The notes: generated by a model not told the origin, from the letters alone. 64,000 bases of DNA from Azolla caroliniana (GCA_043228905.1 JBHGNT010000006.1:22568001-22632000); one strand, 5' to 3'; positions 22,701-36,722 are shown, numbered from the stretch's first letter. Translations and numbers: made by a program.

Positions 22701-25700
22701 CCTTCTTCTCGAACGAGTATCCTATGAGGGTACATTCCTCCGACTTCGTGTCGGGCTTCTATCGTTGTTCATTCGGGATGCGTACATTCGCAATGCTACC
22801 AAACACCTTGAGGTGCGATAGGATTGGCTTCCTTCAAACGAGGAGCTCGTATGGAGTTAGTTCATGGACTCCATTGGTGGCGCACCGGTTCATGAGATAG
22901 ACAGCCGTGGAGGCCGCTTCGGCCCAATAGAAGTTCGGCATGTGCTTCTCATGCATCATGGCATGCGCTACCTCGAGTATTTGCCGATTCTTCCTTTCGG
23001 CGACTCCATTTTGTTGGGGTGTGTGTCGGCATGAGAATTCTCTACGAATGCCATCAGTTTGGAGGTAGGAGGTGAATTCGTCTGAGAAGTACTCCTTGCC
23101 TCCATCCAATCATAGGCATTAAATGTGCCGACTGGTTTCTTTTTCGACTTGGCCCTTGAGCTTTTGGAAGTGGGAGAGCACTTCACTTTTCTTCTTCATC
23201 GGGTAGATCCACGCGTAGCGCGAGTAGTCGTCGATGAAGGTTACGTAGTATCGGCATCCGCCGATCGTCGGTGATTGAGGTAGTCCCCATACATCCAAGT
23301 GTATGACGTCGAGGAGGCCTTTGCTTGTGGAGCTCTCCTTTGGGAATGGGAGTCGATGTTGTTTGCCGAGTTGACACGCTTCGCATACTCGGCCGACTCG
23401 TTTCAATTCGAATGTTGGAAATCCGATGACGATTTCCTTTGTTTACATAGTTCGAAGTCGTTGGAGGTTTATGTGGCTGATTCTCTTGTGCCACAACTCA
23501 ATGCTTGTCTCGGTTTTGAGACTTCTAGCGTACATTGCCGATTTTACCTCGTTCGAATCGAGGATGAACATTCGGCCGTTTCTCCGCCCCTTCGCTATCA
23601 GTCATCCATCTTTCTCGATGAAGCATCCTTCTTTGTTGAAGCGAACTTCCATTCCTTGGTCCACGATTTGGCCTACCGAGACCAAATTCTTCGTTATCGT
23701 GGGCACATGCAAGACATTCTTGATGCAATTGTTCTTGTCATCGTTGCCGAATGGAACGTTGCCAATGTACCGAATGGGATGTGTGGTGTCGTCTCCGTCT
23801 CTATTTAGCCGGGTTGATCCGGTGTACGCAAGTCATTGAATCACTCTCTGTGGGATGTCATGTGATGTGAGGCTCCGGAATCAACGAACCACACGTCTTC
23901 CGAGTTGGAGGTGCTTGCGGAGTCAAAGGCCGTCATAGAGTTCGCTCTATGCCTCATTATGAATAGTCCATCGTAGTCGTCGTATTTGGAGTTGGTTGTG
24001 TAATTCGTGAGTTTTCGACTTGTCGAAGCCGACTCACTTCTTCTTTTTTGGCACTCTTCCTCGCTGTGGCCGATTTTTCCTCAATAGTTGCAAGTTGCAG
24101 GCCTCGTTTCCCAACCTTCTTCGGCATGGAAGCTCCCCTTTCTTCCGAAGGTTCCTTGATGGCTTCCATCTTGTTGTCGAAGGTTTGAGTTCCCTTCGTG
24201 TGATGGGTCGAATTGACCTCTTCTACCGCCTCAACCTCGTCCTCGGCCACCATCCGAACTCGAGAAGAACATTTGTCCTTCTGATGTCTAGGTTTTGGTT
24301 TGGACATGGTTCTCTTCGACCATTAGCATTGATTGAAGCTCGAAGAACGAAGGAGGATTTTCCCTCATCAAGATTGCCGTCCTCAACGAGTCGAATCGTT
24401 GTGCGAGGACACCCAACCATACTTGAACCATCTCGTCCGTGTCGACGTTTATTTTGATGGAGCTAAGCGAGTCGCAAATGCTCTTGATCTTGGCGGTGTA
24501 GTCTGACAAAGACATGTCTTTTTGCCGAATGTTGTTCAACTCTTGTCAGAGTTGAAGCTTTCGGGCGGTTGTGTTGGCGGAGAACATTTTCTTTAAGTTC
24601 ACCCACACTTCTTTAGGCGTCTTGGCGTCTCGAATGTGGCTAAGCATATGGTCATGGACACATGCTGCCAAGCAATACATGACTCGACTCGCCGCTTGCT
24701 CCCATGTTGCATAGTCGACGTTCTTTGAGTCGGGTCGATTTTCTTATGCGTCGTTGATGTAGCTCCAATACCCTTGGCCGACAAGGTATTGGGTCATCTT
24801 GTACTCCCAAGATGAATAATTACTCTGGTCTAGCTTTTCACTGGGGAGCGAGCTACCCATTTGTGTGTCCATGTTGATTGTAGTGTCTTCTCTTCTTTTG
24901 CTTTTCTTCCTTCAATCACGTACATGTGCTACGTAGCAGCACTACGGTGGCTGATAACCGGATTTTGTCGTCGGCATTGTCGTGCCTTTTGACGCCAGAT
25001 CGTTGCGTGAGTCGGGTGGGAACTATTGGGGTTTTGGACTAGGAGGAGGAAGAATTTGAGACGAGTCTAATTATGAATAGATTATATAAATGAGAGATAG
25101 AAACTTGTGAATCCCACAAGTATTATATTAATCAAAATTTATGTGAGAATATGAATTTAGATTGAAAGATAAGGATATAAAAATCTCGTGAATCCCACGA
25201 GTATAGTTTATTTCGTGAATCCCACTAATATATTTTATTAATGGTGTCTTTTAGAAATATATCCAATTTCCAAATATTTCCCACCCCCTATTACATTGTG
25301 CTCCCCATCCTTATATAGTGATGAGAGAGTCTTAATAATCCATGCTTTTTCTCTAACAATAGACTATATGCTTTATCTAACATGCTTTTTCTAAAGTGAT
25401 CTTGCTTTTTCTAACTTGATGCGTTTTTATCAACTATAGTGTTCATGCATGCTAGATGTGCATGTGTAGCTTTTTCTTTTATCATGCGTTTTCTTCTAAC
25501 TAAAGTTTATCCTAGTGTGCACTTACCTTTCTATGTGAGACGTCCACTTTTTTTAACACTAATGATATGTTAGTGTAATGGTAAGGCTTTACATTATTAA
25601 CATGGAGGTACAAGGTTTGAATTTTGCTCTATGCATGTAACAATCTTTTCTTTTATTTACAAATATGTCTCTCCATCCGGTGAGAGACTCTCACCGGCCT

Positions 25701-26730
25701 TCCTTACAGGGTCCTCCTTGCCTGTTCCTCCTTCATCCGGTTCTCACCAGTTCTTCTTACCGGGTCCTCCTTTCCGGTTCCTCCTTCATTCGGTTCTCAC
25801 CGGTTCTTCTTACCGGGTCTTCCTTATCGAGTCCTCCTTGCCGCATCCGGAGGAACCAAAATGTAAATTTCACGTAGTGCGCGAATTACACTACGACAGT
25901 GTCTTGAACACACTATTATGATGTTGGCGCTATTATGATGTTGGCGACCCTCTTTAGGTTCCCCCAAGCATCCTTCGGCGACTTCGCATCTTTTATGTAC
26001 CCGAGCATTTGGTCATCAACACCTAAGGCAAGGTAGTACAAGACTCAGCTTGTTGCTTGCTCCCAAGCTGGGAAGTCTCTATGTGTTGGCTATGGTGGTA
26101 CTTCATTTGCTCCTTCGACATAGCTCCAGTACTCGTGTCTGAGCGGGTATTGGTGCATCTTGTACGACCAAAATGCATAGTTGCTTTTGTCGAACTTCTC
26201 CATCGGAAGCGAGCTGCCCATACCTATGTCCATGTTCCTGTCTCTACTTGTCCGGAAGACGAGAGCTTGTCTCTGTGTTTTGTTCGCTTTGTCAGCTGAA
26301 GAGGATATTCAACCCTCACGCTCTGATACCATGTGAAAGAATAGTGTGCGAAAGCTTACACAAACATAGCACAACCAGCTCTGCTGGACAACAACAACAA
26401 TTTGGTAAACATAGAGAATGGAAATACACAATATGTAGACAATGAGAGCAGTCTACAAAACTATATTCAAAATAACACTTTGTACCTTACAAATATGCTT
26501 AGTGAGCACCTTTTAAACAAGTCCTTCAATAGGGCTAACACAAGTACTAACAAGTACTTCAATGCTCATGAATAAGCTACTGACACTATTAGTCTATAAT
26601 ATTCCTATTTACTAAAATAGGAATATAGGCTCCTAACGGCCTGTCGGTTCCTAATCAATCCGGGCCTAGGTGATTCGACTTTCGGCTTCTTTAGCCAATT
26701 CGGCCCATGTTGAGCTTGTCACTCAATACA
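19725..26730 (-). mobile_element. Decayed, chimeric Ty1/copia complex
   Basis: 5' LTR ~26332-26730, PBS (gctctgatacca) at 26320-26331, gag from ~24872, protease WFVDSGAS ~23890, integrase 23400-22700. An internal 3'UTR+PPT+LTR block lies at ~22135-21590, then RT (LYVDDL) 21585-20670, RNase H 20430-20070, and a further LTR start at ~19862. Multiple stops and frameshifts. Confidence 0.88.
24978..25898 (-). mobile_element. Solo LTR (gypsy-type, 4-bp TSD group) inserted in the copia leader
   Basis: TGTCGTG...TACGACA ends. Reverse-complement homolog of 56057-56831. Flanks are GCAT and GTGT. Confidence 0.85.
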
Positions 26731-26734
26731 CCAT

Positions 26735-27700
26735 CAAGTGATCAAGAATTTTGTTATTCATTACAAAATTGACACGCTATAGGACATTTAATGAACCTTT
26801 GTGTACTATCCTCCAACGGAATGGTGCATAAGAAACAAGTGTTTGGCCCTAGTCCTTGTCTCTTTAAGGCTGAACCTAATGGGAGCCCACCAATCATGAC
26901 TCTCCATATGAATACCTTTGCACGAAATAGTAAATGAGAATGGCAACTACATTGTAATATTCGTCATCGCCTTGCATTCAACGTACATATATTCCACACC
27001 TTTTCTGCATTAGGAGATAGCCTAGATAATGATGTCATTGCATGATGATACAATATATTTGTAGTGACATGTAACATGCGTATACCATTCTAAATCCGTC
27101 AATCCACCCAAGGTGCAACATTTATTTTCAGTGGCAAAGATCAATGCAATAACGGTATATCTTGTAATTTCTCCCAAATAAATCTGTAATTTGTGGGAAT
27201 ACATAACCATTGTTTGGAAACCTCAAATTTCGACAACTTTGAAGATTCAATATCAACCACATCTCCCAAATGTACAACCCCCAATTGAAATAAACGATTG
27301 AATTGAGATCTTAACTTCTCTTTTCCATGCCAATACAACATTCAAGAAGAAACGAGCAATCATTTAGAAGCACTTATCGAACTTTTGGCAAGTTTTACCC
27401 TGTTATTATTTGAGACCTCAACAATGGGTTTTTTCACAATATGTTTAAAATGGCCCAAATGACAAGATGGAGATACCGTTCTAATTTTTACAATATCGGG
27501 GATGACAACACAATTGGAATATGTGTAATGCTTTCATGTTTGACAATAGACATGGGGCGAAAGCCTATATGAAGAAGTTGAAAGGTTTTCTTATGTGGAA
27601 TTTTTGGATGTTAAAGTATGTGGGGATCATTTCCTCAAATGTATATTTAGGTTTTCTAGTGGTTTTACAGGACGTCCCTGTCCCTACATAGGATAGTATA
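26735..27700 (-). mobile_element. Decayed L1/Tx1-type LINE ORF2 fragment (zf-RVT)
   Basis: The minus strand at 26940-26765 reads KVFIWRVMIGGLPLGSALKRQGLGPNTCFLCTIPLEDSTQRFIKCP, a zf-RVT-like motif. Confidence 0.65.
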
Positions 27701-27800
27701 GGTAGGTAGAGGAGACAATAAGTATTGTAATTAGTGGATTTCAAATACAATTAATATGATTGTATGCATTTACCAAACAAAGAGAGAGAGAGAGAGAGAT

Positions 27801-28015
27801 TCAAATGGATGTAGTTCCCTTGGTAAGGTTGCCCAATCAAGACTAGAAATTCATGGGTTCAACCCCTACGTTCTACATTGACATCTAGTAAAATAAGAGA
27901 TATGAATGGAATAAGAGAGATGAGGAATTTGGACCAAAGATGTAGTGTCAGTAGTGTAATAACTTACCACTAGGGTAAGCTAATTGTGATAAAATAAAAA
28001 GAAGTTGAGATTGAC
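27801..28015. mobile_element. Second copy of the tRNA-derived repeat
   Basis: Colinear with 19431-19705 (tggatgtag..ttggtaaggttgcccaat..catgggttcaacccct..aacttaccactagggtaagctaatt..gagattgac). Also follows an (AG)n tract. Confidence 0.7.
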
Positions 28016-31000
28016 AATGTATACAATAGGAACATGGGTTACAAGAATACTCGAACACATGCATATATAGCGTGGTTTGGACACATGCATGCTCACCACT
28101 TAGCATTCATGCAAGCATGACACTTGATGATGATGCATTAGCATGTGCGAGGTGATGGCATCTCATAATATTAGATACATATTCTCATTGTGATAATGGA
28201 AGTTAAAAAGACATTACGTGTAATATAATCTATCCTCGTAAATTGCATATCTTTAATGAAGAGGTCATGGGTTCATATCTCTATCATGAATTCAAAGTTT
28301 TGGTATATGTTCATAATCTACGCAAGTGTGGAATATATTTGCATTAGCTTTAGGGTTACATATAAATTGGAGGAAGTCCTGCCGTATCTCTTGTACTGAA
28401 ATTGAAATCAATAGTTTGGGATGACAAGGTGATTAAGAAAGATTCAATATTTCGACATGTGGCACATCCATTGGGAATCAATGTGCCCAACGCACACTTA
28501 ATTGAATGGATTGGTAACAAGTTGAAGGAAATCATTATGGATAGGAAGACAATCATCGACATTTCATGTATGGTCAAAAGTGATGCAATGTCTTATGAAA
28601 TATACTTGTTGGGAAAGTGACTTGCAACAAGCTATTCAGAAATATACGAACCATTCGTAGATCACGCAATGAGGTAACGATACATAAGTTGTGATAATTT
28701 TGTAAGTCCTTTATTTGTCTTTGCTTCCTGGGACTAGGAAGGCATTACAAGCAATGTTGCAGCATCTTTGGTTCATGTTGAGGTGGAAGAAGTACTAGAG
28801 GAGGATTGCATGGGTTTCATGGGATCATGTAGCTACTCCCAAATGACTAGGTGGTGCTATTATTTTGAATTTGGATATGCATTTGATGACTAGATGGTTT
28901 TCATTACCTAGAGATATGTGATGACAAGATCAACCATGGGTTTGTATGATGCAATATTTTATGGAGATAGATGGATTGGTTAAGGGAAGGACAACGATTC
29001 AAGCATCATGGTGGCAATTGGTTAGTGGAAGTATTTCTCTTAAATTTTCACATTTTAGATGAGCTCAACAGTTTGTAAAATCTTAGCAAGAAGCTTTGTC
29101 ATATTTTGAATGGGCATCATCATCTAGTAAACAATAATGTAATTCATTATAGATGGAATTGCTTGTTTTTCTAGTCAACACTAGGGGGGGGGTTATATTG
29201 GCTCTCAGATAAAGGAAAGATGGAGTGCAATGTACGTAAGCTACATTCAAGGTGGTAGAAAGTGTTCCAACATAGTTGGCATTCCCAAATCCCATTTCGT
29301 GAGAAGGTATTTATTTGGAGAGTGATGCATTAGGTTCTGATTCAAGTAGGAGAGGATTGGGATCTTGCACATGTTTTTTTTGTACGATTCCATTAGAAGA
29401 AAGAACTCACAAGTTTATTCAATGCCCTATTGCTCATACCATTTGCAAGTATTTATCAAAGATTTGAGGACTACTAATGGTTCTTTAATCAAGATGTTCA
29501 GAATGATCCAAATGATGAGATGGAGATCATATTCCCATTCTTACATTATTGGGGATTACATCATAATTGGAATATCTTTCATGTATGTTTGATGGTAGAC
29601 ATGGAATCAAAATATATATTAGGAAGTTGAAATTGTTAAGAATATATTGTGAATCAATATAGCAAATAAAAGTAAAAGAAAGGTGAATAGATTGGATAGA
29701 AGAACGTGATCCTCCTAACCACCCTCGAGTTATGTTCAAGACATAGCCAATATACCATTGATGTCCCATGCTTACCATCTATTACACAAAGTGAAAAGAG
29801 AGAGACCTAAGTAGGAAAAAGAGCTCTAAAAGTCATTGGGCTCCTTTTCTCACTATGGTGGCCATTTGGCTACAAGCTTTCTAGTGAGATTTACTCTATC
29901 CCCCATTTCCTAGTGTCTTCTTGAGCTTCATGTACATTGTTGGTGATGTTTTCATAACTTGTGTCATGGATGGCAAATACTTCACATCCACCCTTCGCCC
30001 CAAACACACCCCACTTACCAAGTATAACATCCTTGATCTTGCTCACCCCATGTTCAAAGAAAATCCAAATCAAACACCCACCACAAATTCTTATTAATTA
30101 CATGGCATGAACATTGGATCTCTATCTACTAAGATCCATCTACTAAGGAGACACTACTTCTATAGTTTGGTTGACTTATTAACAATAATGACTAACAATG
30201 TGATAATTACCAATTATCCAAATTACTCCCAACACCTCAAATAAGGGGTTGACATTCAAATCTTCAATACAAAGGTTCACAAAATCATTTTAGAGAATTG
30301 TGAATTTTGTTTTTTGCATGCCTAGATGAAGACCATGTACAAGCTAGATCCACAAACATCTAGTGAATGAAGGTATTGCCCACATATGTATTGATCAAGT
30401 TTTAATTCATCGGAAGTCCCATAAATACATTACATGATATAAGTTATATGCATGTTGAATTCACTCATACTCTAAATAAAAGAAGAAGAAAACATCTTTC
30501 CTAATACATCTTCAAGGGAAGATCCTTTTTCTGAGTTCTTTGCTTACCTGCATTTTGACAGTAACAGCACGAACTTTCCTATACAAAGATTGAATACTAA
30601 AGCATTTCATCCCATGGTTGTTTGTAGGAGGTTAAAGAAAAAAGGATCACATGACAATAACAATTTTAGTCTCCTCAATGTCATGTATTCTCGACACACG
30701 TGAAAGTGTAACCATATATACATAAAGTTGTCTATGAGTATCATATTCGAATCAAAGACAACATTACTCATGAATATGTAGCCAAGACAGAAAATAGAAG
30801 CAGGACCAACCACGAATTCGTAAAATTTGCAACTTTATACAAGAAGCAAGTACTTCGAAATAGCACTTCACTAGTAAAATCAGCAAAAGACAGCATATTT
30901 GTAAATTAAGTAGGCTTACATCTAGATGCAAGCATACCAATGACATCGAGAACAAAGGCTATGGATAGATGAGGATCAAATACACCATGCATGTTTGTAA

Positions 31001-31471
31001 ACAAAGTAGGACATATCACTTGGTACAAGCATGCTCAATGACAAATACGGACAAAGGCTACATATGGACAAGGATCGAATACCATCTATCTTTGTAAGTT
31101 ATGTCTATATATTTCAAGAGGAGCATGGCCTCTCTAACCAATAAAGGTGAAGGGGATAGATAGAGGAGCAATGGTTGGAAGCAAGTTCAAAATGCAAAGA
31201 CAAAGTTTTAAATATGTGAATGTGATACCCTTTTCAATACTAAGAATCAACCAGACTCGACCAAAGCAACCATGGATTTTCCAAAAAACTCCACAATGGC
31301 ACCAAAGTTAATCTACCAATAGCCGAAACAACACAAATGAGACATCATAAGAATCAAAAGCAAGCCAAGAAAACCACGACATCATTTCAAGCATGCTTAA
31401 GAGTACCTTTAATAATGGTAGTAAAGGCCGATAGGGTTTAGGATTTAGGGCTTAGGGTTTATGGTTAAGGG

Positions 31472-32053
31472 TCAACCGAAGCATCGTTCGTCGGGAGTGG
31501 CGCTCGGTATGTAACCGTAGTCTAGATACTGAAGCCCGAAAACGATGGCGATGGCGAGGATGGACAAGTACGAAAGGCCCTCGACAGCGCCTAGTAACCC
31601 AAAGGGACCAGGGGGGAGGCCCGATCCGGTCTTAGACTTGGTATAGATGGACCAGCCAATGATGGCGACAATGGCGAGGTAGCTAATGCCTTCTAGTGCA
31701 CCGAGCGCGCCCCCGGGTCCAGGCGGGAGGCCGCACCCGGTCGTCTTCAGTGTGAAAAGGGACCATGCGATGACCGGGTTGGCCACTAGGCCGGACACTA
31801 TGGCGGCCACGCCGACCGTGCCCACATCTTCCGCGGTACCACTGCTCTTGTCCAATTCACCAATGTTGGTATCGGATTTCGATTTCTTCGCCTCTATCCT
31901 TGTGATTCCGAAATTCCTGAGCCTGCATGGATTTGAGCTCTTGAGGTCTTTCAAGTGTAGAGGTGATGATGTGATGGAGTGAGATAAGCTCTTGGGTTGC
32001 AGAATTGTTGTTCTGCAGGGAAGAAGAGGAATTGAGCTCATCACAATTGCCAT
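31472..32053 (-). CDS. Conserved single-exon plastid membrane protein of unknown function
   Basis: Transit-peptide-like N-terminus (MAIVMSSIPLL...). Two internal repeats of G(C/S)GLPPGPxGxLGAxEGxSYL, each followed by a hydrophobic helix. I recall this family from Arabidopsis At3g50685. An upstream in-frame alternative start at 32101 is possible. Confidence 0.88.
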   Translation of the reverse strand: MAIVMSSIPLLPCRTTILQPKSLSHSITSSPLHLKDLKSSNPCRLRNFGITRIEAKKSKSDTNIGELDKSSGTAEDVGTVGVAAIVSGLVANPVIAWSLFTLKTTGCGLPPGPGGALGALEGISYLAIVAIIGWSIYTKSKTGSGLPPGPFGLLGAVEGLSYLSILAIAIVFGLQYLDYGYIPSATPDERCFG

Positions 32054-33197
32054 GGCCCCTGTTCCTTCCTTCCCTCCTTGGAATGCTTTCCTTCCTCTCA
32101 CATATCTATCGATCTATCTATCCATCCAAAAGTTATATTGCATTATTCCTATCAATTCTATTGTATACATTTCCATACTTTACGAAAATCTCTAACATAC
32201 CCCTCCCTCCTCTGCAATTTTCTTTATTTCCCTACTTGTCCATCGTCTTATGAAATGTAAAATCTTCCTTACATGCGAAGTGGGGTAAAATTTTCCCACG
32301 CTTCCATATTTTGTCATTGAGTCCTCTTTATTACTAATGAAAAGAATCCCTTACGCAAAATAGCTTCATACGGTTTTGATAAGCCGAGCGAGTTCATTTA
32401 GACTCAACAATGGACTATGCGTCTATATAGAGAACCCACAATGCATGTGGATTTGGATAGCCCAAGTCAATGATGAGTTATCCTTCGTCAATTAACATGT
32501 GCTCCATTGCTCTCTAAACGAAGTACCAAAACCATTAACACCATGTTTTACGGACTAACAATTAACATAGCCATTGCCTGACCATGATAGGCCCAAGAAA
32601 GAGCTTCTTTAGGTGCCCATTTCTTGTAGAACAATCATCTGGCTATAGCTTTGGAACACTATTGTCCACATTGAGTCAGTCCAAAGCCATTTATTTTATT
32701 GGGTCCGATCAAATATACTCAATCGTATCATATCTATCAGGATTTGACATCCACACATCTTGTGCTCTAAGAATACATCGGCTATTTGCCAAATCGATGA
32801 AAATATAAAATTTTGGAGTTTTCCTTAAACCACATCCTGTAGTTCCATGTTTTTAAATATCATACACGCATGGATCATTACTCTAAAATTAAGATCTAAT
32901 TCTTATTGGAACCTATTAAAGTATGGAATACAATTGAGAATAAAGACTGGCATTGATTTGTAATTGTACAAATTCAAGTTAAATTCACATTAATTCTCCC
33001 CACGTTATTAGATCACTGACCATATGAATCAAGAGTACTTTTAAATGATGGAAACAAAAGAAAGGGCTTCCTGCAACACAACTTACACCAACTTCAAAAA
33101 CAATGGCTCTTTGATATAAATTCCATTGCATAAGTAATGAATGTGTAATGTATGTTTAGTTGGTTCACATTCAATCATGAAAATATTTTCTAACTTT

Positions 33198-35078
33198 TCA
33201 TTCGGTATCTTGATACGCTGATAGTTTCTCGTATGCACAAAAGCGCTTGCAAAGCTTCTCTAATGCTGCCGGTGTCTGTTGCATTTTATTCAACTTCAAG
33301 TCCCTTGACATTGCCTACATCACAAACAAAATAACCCTTCCCTATTATTAAACAATAATCTAGTTCTATCTACAAAAACACCAATATTTACTCAGCAACA
33401 AATACGGTTACATCAATTCATGAGAAATTCTTTCGACGCCAATTTATCATACAAAAAAATACTGACTCTATTAATCAGCTGAAAACAATCGAATTGATTT
33501 CATCAGAAAAAACATTCCAAACTATTTAGTGGGAAAAGGACATTATACTCCAGTTTTGGCTGAAAATTACAGCCAGAATCTCATTTGAGTCTTTACCTGG
33601 TAATCTTCACCGTGCTTGGATATTAATCGGCTCATGTAAACTCTTTGCATCTTTGTGAGTCGTTGTATAGGAGCATGATCACCATCTCGTCTTTTCTTCC
33701 CTAGGGCAGATTTCAAATCTACAATAGAAAACATAAATGAATAAAGAACTAATAGCTAAGAATCCCCAGCAACAGAAACAATGTTGATAAAGAAATTGCA
33801 TGATCTATTCTGTCCATTGCATCTTTATTCAAAACATCAGTGAAAAACAATTATGTCAATCCATACATATAAATATAATATGAAACGCATGATTCATCTA
33901 TTCACACATGAGCATCACAGAACATAAGACACGTTCACTTCAGACAGTCTTAAGTCCTAAATGAAAGGAACTTTAAGGAACTTTAGATGATATTAAGAAT
34001 AATAAAACATGATCTTCAAGGGAATGATCATATATATACCATAAGGTACATTCAATTAGATGCATTTAACCCCAAAAGAGAAGAAAGATAACATTAGGAC
34101 AGGACACATATACATTGAAAAAGAACTTCAGCAGATGAGATATACATGGTATAATGTTAATGCAGTGAGATGATTGTAAACAAAATTAAACAATATGAAT
34201 ATACACACATAATGATAACAAATTATTAGATGATTTTACCCAATTTAAAGAATGACATACATACATCTCAAATTTTAAACAAACAAAAATTAGAGAATGA
34301 TATATAAATAAATAACTACCATCACTTTCGACATCGCTACCATCATCATCAATCATATCTTGAGCTCCATTAGGAATTTGCAAACTCTTTGAGATTACTG
34401 TTTCCCTTGTACTCGATCGAGCACCCAAGAAGTTAGGATTATTCATGATCCCTAATGATTTGTAATTCCGCAAAACGCTTGCATGCTCATCCCATTTAAC
34501 GCTAAATGATCAATAAACAAAACGAAATAAAATTATATATAAAGACTTCTCTTTCAATTTTTAATATGCTATTGATTCTATAAGCTAAGCCATTGCATAC
34601 TATTCTTTGTTGTTCTGTTCTATTCTTATGCTTAAAAAACAAAGCATGAACAAATATAGTACATCCCATCACCTACTCTGTTATCTATGATGTTCTGTAC
34701 TAAGACAGAAAAACCAAACAAAAGCAAAAACCGGACAATGATAGTTCTTTCGATTATATAACATTTTGCTATTTGGTTTGTTGTTCTGTCCGATTCTATT
34801 CGGTTCTGGTCTATCATATGATATTCTACATTGACCTGTTTCCCTTCTCTACCTTCCTGTTGCAGTCAATCCTAAAATGTATGCACAATCCCTCTGCTAT
34901 ATTATTCTGTTCTGTAACTACAGCAGCATATGAAAGTAGGAAGAAGGAATGCTTACCCAGCGATGACTGCTTTTGAAGGCAGCGAAGTTGAAGGTTTGGG
35001 TTTGAAGGCCTTCTTCCGTGGCAACCCTACTTTCACTGCAGGTTTCGATTTCTTGAACGAGCGCCTCGACCTTGCCAT
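33198..35078 (-). CDS. NOP16: Nucleolar protein 16 (ribosome biogenesis), 4 exons
   Basis: Exons 35078-34957, 34501-34320, 33718-33597 and 33314-33198 give MARSRRSFKKSKPAVKVGLP...WDEHASVLRNYKSLGIMNNPN...DLKSALGKKRRDG...RLISKHGEDYQAMSRDLKLNKMQQT, matching plant Nop16. Confidence 0.92.
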
Positions 35079-35107
35079 GGCTTCCTTGTTTCCTGTCACT
35101 CTGCGAG

Positions 35108-35116
35108 AAACCCTAA
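35108..35116. promoter_or_regulatory. Telo-box (AAACCCTAA) near the NOP16 start
   Basis: Lies 30 bp upstream of the ATG. Telo-boxes are typical of plant ribosome-biogenesis genes. Confidence 0.55.
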
Positions 35117-35176
35117 AATCACGAGAAGCTTTTGCTTAATCTCCTGTGGAATGCCCCTGAGTTTTCTCTTAATCTC

Positions 35177-36722
35177 CCCAGAATGCCCCTCGCCTGCTCA
35201 GGTAAATTTTCGATGACACAGGCAGCGAAGGATAGACTCACGAGAGGACATGCATCCCTCTCACTCCTAGAGAGACAATGCCACCAAGCACACTTTCAAG
35301 AGCCACGGACTAAAGGGTGGCTCTTTGACTCATTAGTGACCCCCTCCCTCATGTATGCATCAGCGGTTTGGGCTCCAGGATTCCCATCTTTCATGTGGAC
35401 GCAATTAGAGAGACCATTGGTGATGATGCTATCACGCCAACTCCGAAGCAAATCGACTGTACCACATGACATTATTAGGGCTGAGTTCACGTTACCCCCA
35501 ATGTTAGTAGAGGCACTTTTTCAACTTGTAGTCTTCATTCACAGGATACATAGCCAACCACATGATAGAATATCTCATCAAGCCTTTAAGGCCTCTCGAT
35601 CATTGTATGAGTTCGGCTATACTAGCTCATGGTATGGCATGATGGTGAGTTCGCTTCTTGCGAATGGTCTAGACATTAATAACCTACCTCCCCTTTGGTA
35701 CAACCACACGAGTGATAACACTTTAATCTCTCATGAGGACCACAATAAAGTAATACGCCAAGAAATATGGCAAATTTACACTCGGTGTAAATGGATCACC
35801 CCACTAGAGCCACTCCCATCTAAAATGTTGTACTATAAGACACACTTCATGCACTTCTCTAAGTTAGGTTTTATCACACGGTCAAAATATCTAGATGTAT
35901 TCTTACCACATGCACTAAGGGTTGCCATTAGACAACTTAGAATATCATCTCACCAACTTGAGATTGAGAATGGTCGTACTAGTGGAGTCCCTAGGGAGGA
36001 AAGGATATGTAGGTTATGTCACATAGAGATAGAGGATGAGTACCACTTTACATGCAAGTGTCCAACCTATGCTGAGATAAGGGCAAAATACCAAGACATA
36101 CTTGGTTCGTCTCCCACCCTCCCCAAACTATTAGATACTCTAGATATAAAGAAATTAGGCAAATACATTCTAGAGCTAAAACAACACATAGAGAATAAGT
36201 TACAAAATGTTGACAATAATGGTGCTAATGATCACGAACATGTAACAAATGAAGTTTTTCAGGAACAGGAGGAGACAACGAATGCCGACACACTTGCACC
36301 ACTCGGCCTTTCCATTGATGAGGCAGAAAACCAGAGAAGAACCAGACGTCCTCGGGTGCCGGGTTTCAAAGCAACTCCATGTGATGTGGAAGCAATATTG
36401 AAAATAAGGGAATGTGAGCTACACCGCCTAGAAGCCATGGCTAGGGCACTCTCTACATTGGAACCACAGGTCACTCCCACATCAAGACCCTTTGACCCCC
36501 CACTTCTTTTCAAGAGGCTTGGGTGGAAATAAAATTAGGCTTAGTGTATAGTCACTTTCGAGTATACTACGTATTGTACACTACTAGAACTCTTTTAGTT
36601 TAAGTTCTATTTTTTTACTTAATTTTATTTTAGTTATGATGACTAGATAAATACTCTTTTGTTGTAAACCAATTGTCTCATGGGCCAAATTTGGCCTTAG
36701 AAGACGTTAATATATCTTTCTT
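35177..36722 (+). mobile_element. 5'-truncated LINE (RTE-X/L2-like ORF2 C-terminus)
   Basis: Open ORF with LMYASAVW and LRISSHQLEIENGR...ERICRLC...EDEYHFTCKCP. Short (CTTT) tail. Candidate TSD TCTTAATCTC at 35167-35176 and 36723-36732. Confidence 0.85.

Noticed and set aside
28300-30130. Possible host gene exons
   Set aside because: Only short broken ORFs with no consistent splice pattern. Probably old LINE debris, but I cannot assign it confidently.
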